Position numbers and translations under genes: made by a program
NCBI GenBank assembly: GCA_048013815.1
Contig: CM106585.1
Coordinates: 18,414,001 to 18,478,000, forward strand
Length of the DNA stretch: 64,000 nucleotides
Direction: 5' to 3'
Source: Setoptus koraiensis
Lineage: Eukaryota > Animalia > Arthropoda
The notes under the pieces: model-generated
What the model saw: only the letters and a program-made list of their open reading frames with translations
Database searches by the model: none
Told to the model about the DNA's origin: nothing
Shown here: piece after piece, positions 1 through 9,804 of the stretch
How the letters are laid out: each line of letters starts with the position of its first letter
Position numbering within the stretch: the stretch's first letter is position 1

Positions 1-518
1 CTGTGAGTCGCCTATGTGTCACGTGTGACTTGCGCCCACAAGGCCACAACAACCAACTTCACTTTGTGAGCCTACCCAATGGGTAGTACCCATGAACCCA
101 AAATGGCAGCCACGCTGTTTGTTGGTTCTGTCAACAAAATGATGGCCGCTCTCGTGAGCGCGATCGCCCGAATGTCAGATTGACATAACGGTAACGGAAT
201 ATACCGACAATGAACGACAATAACTGGCCAGTGGCATTGAGGTACCAGCTTCAACTTGCTCGTTGTCGCGATGACGACAATGGCCGGATGCAGCGCAACT
301 CTGGCTTCAACTTGTACAGTTGGATTTGTAATTGGACTTGTAATTGATTGGTTGCTGCTGACCAATCACACTCATCTAGTTCATGCTGTCCATAATCGTC
401 ATATTGTTCAGGACAACTGTTCAGATAAATTGTCAAACTGGCCGCAAACGAGCCGCAGCAAACGGCATAACTCACACACAACTGACAGTGTAACTCATCC
501 GACTGACAATTGTGACGC

Positions 519-590
519 GATCTGACCACTGCGACACGATCTGACCACTGCGACACGATCTGACCACTGTGACATCATCTGACCACCGTG
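519..590. repeat. 19-bp tandem repeat (gatctgaccactgcgacac) x~3.8
   Basis: Read directly from the sequence. Confidence 0.9.
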
Positions 591-1194
591 AGGACTCGCG
601 ATCGTCACGACCTCTGAGTGGGCCAAAGTTTTCATTCACAACTCACAATCGCGCTTATTTAGACACAACAGCAACGACACAAACGGCGACTCGCAATGTG
701 AATCAAATTTCTGAAATGTGAATCATCATTTGTAAACTGTATTTACGGTATTGTCAATAGTTGTGGCTGTATCCTGTCTGCAGGAGGTCGCGTGGTCCCA
801 TGGACAGAGTTTTGATTCATTCGCGCATTGTTGCAACTGCATGAATGACCGAAAAGTGATGCCAGTGATTAACAGGTGATCTCTTTAACGTCAACGTTGC
901 GGTGCAGTGTTCGACTGCTCTCGACGGCCGCACAAACTGCCACTCGGCCACTTGTTACGTCAAACGTTGTTGTGAAACCGCGGCCAGTTTGTCCGTCATT
1001 ACGTCATGTCGAAGCCACATGACACACATGACGTACATGACAGCAGTTGTGTATGTATTGACAAACAAAAGTAAACAAACGTAAACACTCTCGCTGTGTG
1101 TGTGTGTTCGGCCTAAAGGTCAATGTTCTGGCCGCAACATGGTGTGCCCTGCAGAGGCCCTGCTGCCACTAATGACACACCGCGCATCTCCCAG

Positions 1195-1230
1195 TATGTG
1201 AGTGGCATGCAGCCGAAGTATGCGCGACAG
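1195..1230 (+). other. Candidate 36-nt symmetric micro-exon
   Basis: Branch-like ACTAAT at 1168-1173, acceptor ctcccag at 1194, donor CAG|GTGAG at 1231. The length is a multiple of 3 and two frames are open. Confidence 0.3.
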
Positions 1231-2201
1231 GTGAGCTCACCTGGGCACAATCAGATCATCTTGTCGGCAAAGGGTCAATTACGGGCCAATTGCGTAGAGT
1301 GGCGGCGCATCTATGCAACTCACTGATGGCTCGTAGTTGATGGCCAGCGTAGAGCCGCCGGCCAGCAACTGCGACAGCCTCATACTATCAGTCTCATACT
1401 ATCAGGCTGACAGTGTCATGAGTACTGGCCGCCGTCCAAAGCGGACCGGTTTGCCAGATTCACAAGTGGCCAGCGACACGCAATGCCGATCGCTCATGTA
1501 TGTGTGTGAGCAGTGACAATTGAACATTATATCATTATCATTATCATAATTATTATTATTATTATTATCATTGCGAGAATTGTGCGCGAGTCACACCATC
1601 ATTCCCATGATTATTAATTAATAATAATACATGATAATGATATCTCTAGTGTTTTTCCCACGCGCAAACTCGCACACACTACGTTTAGCATTTACATTGT
1701 ATAGCTGCATTTGTTCATGTTTGGCCACTCACACTCGCACTCACTCTTGTAATGGGCTCGCCATTGCAGTGAGCCCATTACAAACTCATACAAATACCCT
1801 TGTACACTTGTTGCACTTGTTACATAACCAGTGACACCAATACAGAGGCATCAACGACAATTACAGATACACTTGTTGTCGTTGTGCAGCGACCACAAAC
1901 AGCAGTGGTCATGACTCATGACCATTAATGCAAGCGCAACAACAACAACAAGTGCACTCTAAACATAGTCAGCGGCGGCCATTGTCATCTTGATTAGCTC
2001 GACTATCTCGCCAGTGTCAGTGTGACTTTCTCACTCGCTGCATACAGTTATATTATCTAACTTGTATATAAAGTTTATATGCGACTCACTTGTTGCTCTC
2101 TCATTACATAATCGTTGTATCTCTCTGTCGCCTTGCCATAGCTCTCTCGTCATGGCCACATCCATGTTTCGTCCAATTAACCACTTTATACACTGCTGCA
2201 G

Positions 2202-2248
2202 AGGATTATTTTACCACGCTCATGCTGACAGACGAAACGCAATTATGA
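2202..2248 (+). other. Candidate terminal coding exon ((E)DYFTTLMLTDETQL*)
   Basis: ttaac branch-like motif and ctgctgcag acceptor at 2201. The phase-1 frame ends in ETQL-TGA. AATAAA occurs at 3380-3385. Confidence 0.25.
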
Positions 2249-4115
2249 TTGGCGCAAATCGCACAATCATAATTATATTACAAACAATTATCGCATTGCA
2301 AGGACACTTCATTCAATCAAGTTCATTGGCATGTATATATCATTGGCATATAGCGGCACCGAGGCACTGAGCTCGTTAACTTGCCATTCGATTATGACTT
2401 GACTGTCCCAGTCAAATCGTAACCAAATCAAATTGCTCGCTGACAGACTCGATCAACACTCTAATTAGCATTTGCGTGCATGCGTGCCATACTGCCTTTC
2501 AAAGACAGTCTTTGCTCGCGGTCGGCTTCTCCTTCTAGACTCTAGAATCTAGAGATGTCCCAGACAATTTACAGTTATTTAGTTGCAGTTTTATGGCCGT
2601 GATTTATTTTTAGTTTTTTGGCCATGATTTATTTTGATTGATGGCACAAAGGCATGGCTGTGAGTGATAAAAAAAAAACAACACAAATTGGCCAGACCGG
2701 CAACAAGTTCAAACTGAAGATGATCTATCTAAATGGCTATTGGTTGCTGGCGCGACCATCAGCATCGTCGCGCATCTCACAGCCACGAGTATCAGCCGTG
2801 CTTAAATAGTGACTATAGATGGATAATTTGATCACTATTTGTTGGTGTCTGTTGTTGCTATTACCGACAACTTGTTGTTAGAGTAGGCGGTAAATAGCCT
2901 GCCATGTTGCCAAACAATAATTAGCTCTGTGGTTGTAAATAGAAACGCACGCATTAGTATATCTTTTTGCTTGTTTGGCTCTTGTTATATACATGAATGC
3001 AAAAATTGAATTCATTCGCTAACACACAACGAAAGCTATGATTTTAGTATTATCTTTTTCTCAACTTATTGCGAACTATTGATTGGGCACGATCGAAAAT
3101 CACCGATCGACATTTTAGTTTTATTAACATGGGCACACCAGAACACGAGATACCGTAATCCCCAAGTCTCTGTGTGCCCTCCTAACAGGCAACTCGCCAC
3201 GGTCATGCCAGTTATTATTATCAGGATATCGGCTCGAGAGAACAAGATCAAGAGGGATATTCTCTCATGTCAATCGCTCGTATGGATTTAATATAGACGG
3301 TCAATATTGGTAATCGTTTGTTTGCAGACCATCCATCACCAATATTGGCACTCTTAAACTAAATTAAGTAAATAAGCTCAATAAATACATAAGACTACTT
3401 TCTTCACCGAGCCAACCGAAAACCAATTATTTAGGACATCGCATACAAGCTTGCCACCCCCTCCCTTCTTAACAAAACAAGACGTTGTTTTCTATACCTA
3501 CACGCAATTAAATCTTGGTTCTTCTGGTAAAAATAGATGAGTGAAATAATAGTGTTCCTACACACCATCACGGCATACAAGAGCGCTGATTGATTGATTA
3601 ATGGATTTCTGGATTTATATCAGCGTTAGTGCATACTATGTTTAGACATGCTAATTGATTCTTTATCATCCTCAGATCATCTTCATTAGGTAGTTGCTCT
3701 AAAACTTACAAATAAACTTAGCAAGCTATTTTGTAGTTAAGCAGGAGTGCCTTTTTTTAGCTTTTGATAGTTCTAAACTTTGATTTTAATTAGCTACTCC
3801 GTCTTTGGTCTCAATGTTGCAACTCAATTTGGTCAACGTCAGGATGTACAAGCGATCTCTCTATGTATACTACTTACGGCCATCTGATATTAATTAACAA
3901 TCATGTTTATATCATTGTTTAACTCAAACCTTTGTATTTTCTATGCAACGATATAAAAGTTTCAAGAGTGAACGAGTGGAACAATATACCTGGAGTTTCG
4001 AGATCTCTAATCGGATGGACTTTAATTATCTGATAGATGTGCGATAACATGGCTTTTGACTTGAGTAATTCTAGATAACAAATTATTTGAATTTAAAACA
4101 TCTTCAATCCTTGGA

Positions 4116-4195
4116 TTAAAAATTAACTCCTTTCTCTTGTCCCTCCGTAAGAAGTTTCTTGACAGAATCAACTAGATTGAGTGGAATGATTGGTC
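4116..4195 (-). CDS. sno: Strawberry notch homolog, terminal coding exon 3 of 3
   Basis: Acceptor aaattgcag|GA at 4196. The spliced frame reads RLIG-PIIPLNLVDSVKKLLTEGQEKGVNF-TAA (stop at 4118-4116), resembling the SBNO C-terminal R(I/L)(V/I)G..IP motif. Exon lengths 3547+597+80 = 4224 nt = 1407 aa plus stop. Confidence 0.85.
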
Positions 4196-4323
4196 CTGCA
4201 ATTTTATGAGAGCAAAAATATCAAATCAAATAATGTTTCAAGTATAAGTAGAACGTATAAGATTACTATTGAATATATTCCAAAGATTGCAAAGGGTAAC
4301 AGTCCGAGATTAGACAAACTTAC
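4196..4323 (-). other. GT-AG intron 2 of sno (128 nt, phase 1)
   Basis: GTAAGT...TTGCAG with a T-rich tract. Removing it extends homology to the normal C-terminus. Confidence 0.85.
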
Positions 4324-4920
4324 CTATGAGTCTCATCCCATCAGAGGTTTTCAGTCTCACAATGGTAAGTTTCGATGTCACTTCGGGCGACTTGCTTTCT
4401 AAGTAGGGCCACGCCGTGAGGATACCACCACTGAGTATACAATACTTTCGATGACGTAATCCAATGTCGCATTTCATACCAGCACTCACCCTGGAGCATT
4501 TGTTGAAGTAACACATATGAGTACACTGATTGTCTGTTTTTTCGTAAACACTTGACCATAGTTCCTTCGCCTCATTTGGCTCTACAAACTTTCCACGTTC
4601 CTTCAATGCAATTAACGACTCGCATTTGGGATTTAGACCTGAATTTGGCTTGTATATACGATATTTTCTAGGTTGCAGGCTAGAGGGCTCCAGAAGAGCT
4701 AGTACCACTGAGGTAGAATTAACTAACTCGTTTCTAATTAGGTAGAAGCCTTCTTCGGGTTGTTTCTTGTTCGTGTTATAAATTGTCATAATCTCCTGCC
4801 ACGATAGACCTCTCTCAACTAGAACTGATAACAGCTCGCATCTAACAGGTCCAGAGCTACAAGATAACATATAGCGATCGGGTGCATCACACTTGACTTT
4901 GCCATGATCAGAGCTCAACT
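4324..4920 (-). CDS. sno: Strawberry notch homolog, coding exon 2 of 3
   Basis: Acceptor catcag|AG at 4921. Phase-1 joining gives ...GIMG/E-LSSDHGK in frame with ORF 4310..4918, which contains the SBNO C-terminal motif KCDIGLRHRKYCILSGGILTAWPYLE. Donor ATA G|GTAAGT at 4323. Confidence 0.92.
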
Positions 4921-5023
4921 CTGATGTATGAAATCATGAATGGTATAGAGATAAGATTAGACTAGGTTTTATAAATGAGAAAAAAATGGTATGAATATTC
5001 ATTATAGAAGAAGTATAGCTCAC
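4921..5023 (-). other. GT-AG intron 1 of sno (103 nt, phase 1)
   Basis: GTGAG...CATCAG. It is AT-rich, and removing it restores the SBNO reading frame. Confidence 0.9.
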
Positions 5024-8000
5024 CCATGATGCCAGAATCGAAGTTTCCAAGCCTTTTAGCCCTCGCTATGAGTGAATCCATAGTATCCATGAAATATTGG
5101 AAAACGGCATTTTGTATCTCAACTTTCATTCCCAATAATCTATTTAGGAATTTTGTCGTGTTACAAGCGTCCTTTTCCAATATTGTCTGACCGTAGAAAT
5201 TCCTGCCGCTTGTGGCCAAGCCACAGCCCACTAAAGCTATTTTAGCATCTTTTAAAAAGTCTTGACCTTTTATATATTCGGGTAGTTCGGCAAAGCGATT
5301 TTCGGTCTCACCGACAATCGTTTTGAGAACAACATCTAAAGCTTCGCGTCCATATTTAGTCAATATATTGAATTGAGATAAGTCTCGAGATTCGGTGGTT
5401 GCCCTTCTATCGCCATGAGTCAGAGCACCCAAGCTCTCTAGGCGTTTTGCTACAATTGAAGCAAACCTTTGCTCGCCTGCCAGATCTGATATTAGGAATA
5501 TATACTCAGGTGCTGAGGTCTGATTTGATCGATGAGAACGTCCAAACTGCTGGATGGCTCGATCTGCAGACCAGGGCAACTCTATTGTTATGTGAACTCT
5601 TCTGCGTTGGTTTTTAGCACGTCTGTCAGCATGTAGCGATATACCTGAGCTCGCTGCCTCTGATATTACGGCAACTTGTTTTTTATCATCCATGAATCTA
5701 GCTTTCTCTGCTACATTCAAAAGTTCCAAAGAGAATTCTGCCTCATTACGACATTCATAGGAAACAGTGCCATCCTCGGAGGCAACAACTCGACCCTTGC
5801 GTCCTGTCATCTCAGCCACTTTACTTGGACCACCAAGCTGATTAATTAAATCGTCTAATGTATTGCTAGGTAGATTAGGGGCAATACTTTTCAATTTATC
5901 CAATAATGATTCCTTCATTTCAGTCAAGATCGGTCCGTGGACAGCAAACGCATCTGTATCACAAGGCTTGTTAGCTACTTCCTGTTCTTCGTCATCGCAG
6001 AGATCGACATAGTCTATGACACGGCTTTGAGCCGATACCTCTTTCTTGTTCATTTTCACTTCTGTAATTGTACTTGATCCATCTGAATCCGAATCAGAAG
6101 CAATCAATCGCTTCTTTGTAGGAGTTAACAATTTATTTTTAGAGGATTCCTTTGATTCCTTTTCCTTCTTTTTTAATCCGGCCTGTTTGCTCTTTTTATC
6201 AGCACATCGAGTCTGCCAGGGATTCTTTTTTCTCTTTCCCCAGGCTAAATCGGATTCGTCAGTATCCGTTTCGCTGATGTCTGACTCACTAGAACAGGTG
6301 ATCTCAGATTCCATATCAGATTCAGCCGACTCCTCTGGAATTTGGACCGACGATGAACTAGACGAGGGATTGGAAGTAGTCAATTCAGAATCAGAATCAG
6401 GTTCCATCCTCATAGCGATTCTAGAACGTTTCTGGGCATTGATTGCAGCACGTCTCTTAGCTCTAATCTTGCGATCACTAGCAGTTTTAGTTCCTTTTTT
6501 AGTTAGTTCTAATAGTTTTGCTGATTTTGCATTGATTGCTGCCAACTTTGCAGTGACAAGACCATCCTCAATCATGAATTGAATATTACTGTGATCATGG
6601 AAGGACTCATCGAGAGCTAGATCATCATTTAAAGGAGGCGTTGATTTCCTACTTCTTTCCGGTGCCGGAAAATTATTCTCAATCAGAGTTTCGAACACAG
6701 CACGGGCAGTTGATATGAAATCTGTAATATCACCAGACTCTTCAAGAGCCTCTAATGTTTTGGCTTCACCGGTAGATTGCAAGCCGATCACAACACATTT
6801 GTTTTTTTCAAGAGCCTCTTTGGTAGTTTTAATCACAAATGGTACTTTGGCACCAATGCAAAGATACTTGAAAAATCTTTGATGCGACGCCCAAAATTGA
6901 TTCCACACTTGGCGATTTAGTTTTTTGTCGGCATCGAATAAAAGCATAGCTCTCTCGAACTTTTCTTTAGCTTCAATCCACAACTCAACCGAGTCATTAT
7001 AGACTTTTGTATATTGTTCAGAAAGTTGTACCTTTTCGATGTTGAAGCTAGTCCCTTTAAAACTCAACTGTCTAGCAATGTAGGCACCTCTCATTTTCAG
7101 ATCGATTGCAACAAGCTCCATGGCCCCCACGCCCCTCCTTTCTACAGATCTACAGAAATCACTAAAAGTTTCAAAGGGTGTACCCCGGCCCCAGATGCCC
7201 AATCGGGTCATGTAACCCATATTGCCTGTCTCACTAGCTCCGGTTGCCGATGCATAAACGACACGGGCATTCGGAAGTTTCTTCTGTATCTCCAGGGCGT
7301 AAGAAGCTGTCTTGGATGGCTTCCCTTTTCCCATTGCATTAATATTTTTCGCTTTGTGACATTCGTCAAAAACTATCACTCCATCAAAGTCATCGCCTAC
7401 CCAATTGATTATCTGGCCCAATCTGGAGCCGAGAGAACCACGGATGCTCGTTGATTCACTAATAAGACTATTATATGTTGAGAAAACAACAAAACCTCCC
7501 TTTTGGCTAGAGTCCAGTCTTTTACCATATGGAAATTTACCCAGCAAATGTACTGGAATTTTCTCAGCTCCAATATCTTTAAGGTCACGTTCAGCATCTA
7601 ATTTGAGATCAGTTGATACACTAAGCCATATAGATTTCTTTCTGCCGTGTAGATAATTTTCAAATATTATACCGGCTATCGTACGTCCTTTACCTACACC
7701 TGCACCATCACCAATTAGAAATCCAGCGCGCGTGACTTTATCGGGCAGAATACGTTCATGTTGTTGGCTTGCATAGACAACAGCCTCCAGCTGCAGGGCC
7801 GACAGCAAGCCTTCGTCGATGATTTTTTGCGGCAACTTCAGTTGATAGGTGATGTCAGGCGGCATGACGGTTGCCAGAGAACTGGTCTCGACAACAGGAT
7901 CTGGGTGCCTCTGACCAATGGTCAACTTGGAGGGCATGTAATCGGAGTAGGTTTCCGCCTGCTGGAATTCGTCGTCGTGTGCCTCGACATACTTGTCTTG

Positions 8001-8570
8001 TTGAGCTATGTCTTCTTCTGTTTGCAGTTGTTTTAGTTTGGGATCCACTCGAGGATCTGCTCTAGGATCTGCTCTGGGGGGAGGTACGATATCGGAATAT
8101 TGGTCCATGAAATTTGCCGTGTTTCCCACCTGCCTTCCCGCCTGCACCAGTTGCTCAATTATTGCTAATAGAGGTGGCACTGGTTGTGGCGCTTGTGAAT
8201 GGGCTTGGTGCGGGTTGTGACTGGGAAAACTTTGTGGCCAATTGTTGGCGTTGCGATTATCATAGTGATGAGCCAAATTGGCCATATTGGCCGCGGTATT
8301 GGTGGCCCGGTTGGGCCTGGCAATGGTGGCTCTGGGCGCGAAGGATGTAGAATTTATATTTGTACTGTTTGAGTGGGCTGCTCGAATGGGCATCGGATAA
8401 TAGTTGCTTCTGCTGGGGCCGGTGTGGGGCGCCGGATAATAGTTGGTCCTGCTGGTGCTGCCGGTGAGGGGCGCGGGCGGCGGCTGCGAAGGCGGCGGCG
8501 CCTGATCGTAGGAGGATCTCGCAATGGCGAGAATGTCAGGTACATAAGTGTCCGCTTTAGTTGGATCCAT
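5024..8570 (-). CDS. sno: Strawberry notch homolog (SBNO family, SF2 helicase-like), coding exon 1 of 3
   Basis: ORF 4962..8612 carries the SBNO motifs GDGAGVGKGRT (Walker A-like), VIVFDECHKAKN (DExH), YASATGASE (motif III), ELPWSADRAIQQFGRSHRSNQ (motif VI) and SIVAKRLESLGALTHGDRRA. The first ATG is at 8570 (MDPTK); the track's start at 8612 is a TTG. The exon ends at the donor ATG G|GTGAG, with GT at 5023-5022. Confidence 0.95.
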
Positions 8571-8847
8571 CGGATGCGGGGCCCGGTTGCCGAGCTGAGA
8601 TCTGTAGTTCAATAGATTGTTATTTTATTCAATTACTGTAAGCGTGTTGTTACTATCAGTATCGCGGTTAGTCCGGCGATAATTATCAGTATAGTTCGAC
8701 TGGCGTTATGTAGCTGATTTTTGATGTAACCTGCATCATTTAAGATTTGCCCTTTTTTGCGCGCGCAATTTAAACGCGCAACAAATCCGATTCGTTGAAT
8801 CGGTGATGAGACCGAACCGATGACTAGACTTGCCCGAGCTGCGCCTA

Positions 8848-8977
8848 CGAACAGCATGATATGAAGATTTTGTTCATATGAAGCGTATGATATGAATAAA
8901 AACAGAGTTTAAGCATTTTCCGACTGTGTCGTTTCCTGTTCTCGATTCTATTTTCGTACTCGATTTCTTGGCCAGTG
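8848..8977. repeat. Diverged direct repeat copy R1 (partner of 9494-9634)
   Basis: cgaacagcat.atatgaag.ttttgttca.atgaa...aataaaaac.gagttt.agcattt...gttctcgattc.attttc...ttcttggcca aligns colinearly with R2, with one indel of about 11-13 nt. Confidence 0.85.
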
Positions 8978-9072
8978 CCTGACCTGGGGCCCAGTTTTTA
9001 GCATCTCATTAGGTCGGTAGATCCGCGTTCAAGGGTTGATTTGTGATCTGTACATCCTTGAAGATTCGCTCG

Positions 9073-9123
9073 GGTCGCTCCAACTTGACACATAATGGCC
9101 ATGCCCAGCATCAGATAGTCATA
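9073..9123 (-). pseudogene. Relic of an MCT paralog 3' end (YDYLMLGMAIMCQVGAT)
   Basis: 43/51 nt are identical to 9871-9921 of the adjacent transporter (YDYLMLGMAIMCLVGAA), including a 26-nt exact core. There is an in-frame TGA 8 codons upstream and no usable acceptor. Confidence 0.8.
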
Positions 9124-9493
9124 TTGTGTGCCAAAAGTACCAGGTCACTCGCTGAAATGGTGCTTGCTTGTTAACCAGTAGAGAAATCGAACCAGACTAT
9201 CGCACCCATATCAAATTCTTTTACTGCGGAATCTGTTCTTTCCACCAGTGTGAAATGCGCGTCACTGAGAACATAGCTTATAATAAACCAAAAAGTGTTG
9301 GAAAATATTTCAAGGTGAGGCAAATGTCAAATGCCAGACTGAAAGCAAAAACATATCACTTCTGGCAAACAACTCTGAAGTGTTTCATGCGACAATTTTA
9401 CATTCTTTCATATAGAACTGATGAAAAAACTGCCTTATGAGAGAAATTTTCAATGATTGTTCACGACGGAATAAGTATATTTCAGGGAAACGA

Positions 9494-9634
9494 CGAACAG
9501 CATTATATGAAGTTTTTGTTCACATGAATCGCATGGTAAATAAAAACGGAGTTTGAGCATTTCTGAAGGTGTCATCTCTTGACAAGAGACTCTCGTTCTC
9601 GATTCCATTTTCATGCTCAATTTCTTGGCCACTG
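9494..9634. repeat. Diverged direct repeat copy R2 (partner of 8848-8977)
   Basis: Same manual alignment as R1, about 646 bp apart and in the same orientation. Confidence 0.85.
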
Positions 9635-9804
9635 TTTCCAACGGCAAGACTGAACCGGCGACAAAACTTGGCGCTGAGCCACTGACAATTGCCTGTGAAT
9701 ATTGGCGCGTTTTATTTATATTTACGAATTTTATTTTATTTTTATTGAGCTATTTACAAAGTGAAATTATCAACGATCATCGACTATAATCGATTTGCGT
9801 GGGA

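Noticed and set aside
4962-5023. C-terminal tail of the 1216-aa ORF (GELYFFYNEYSYHFFLIYKT)
   Set aside because: It is read-through into intron 1; splicing restores SBNO homology.
8571-8612. N-terminal extension MNYRSQL... of the sno ORF
   Set aside because: It starts at TTG, not ATG, in a eukaryote. The first ATG is at 8570, although an upstream exon cannot be excluded.
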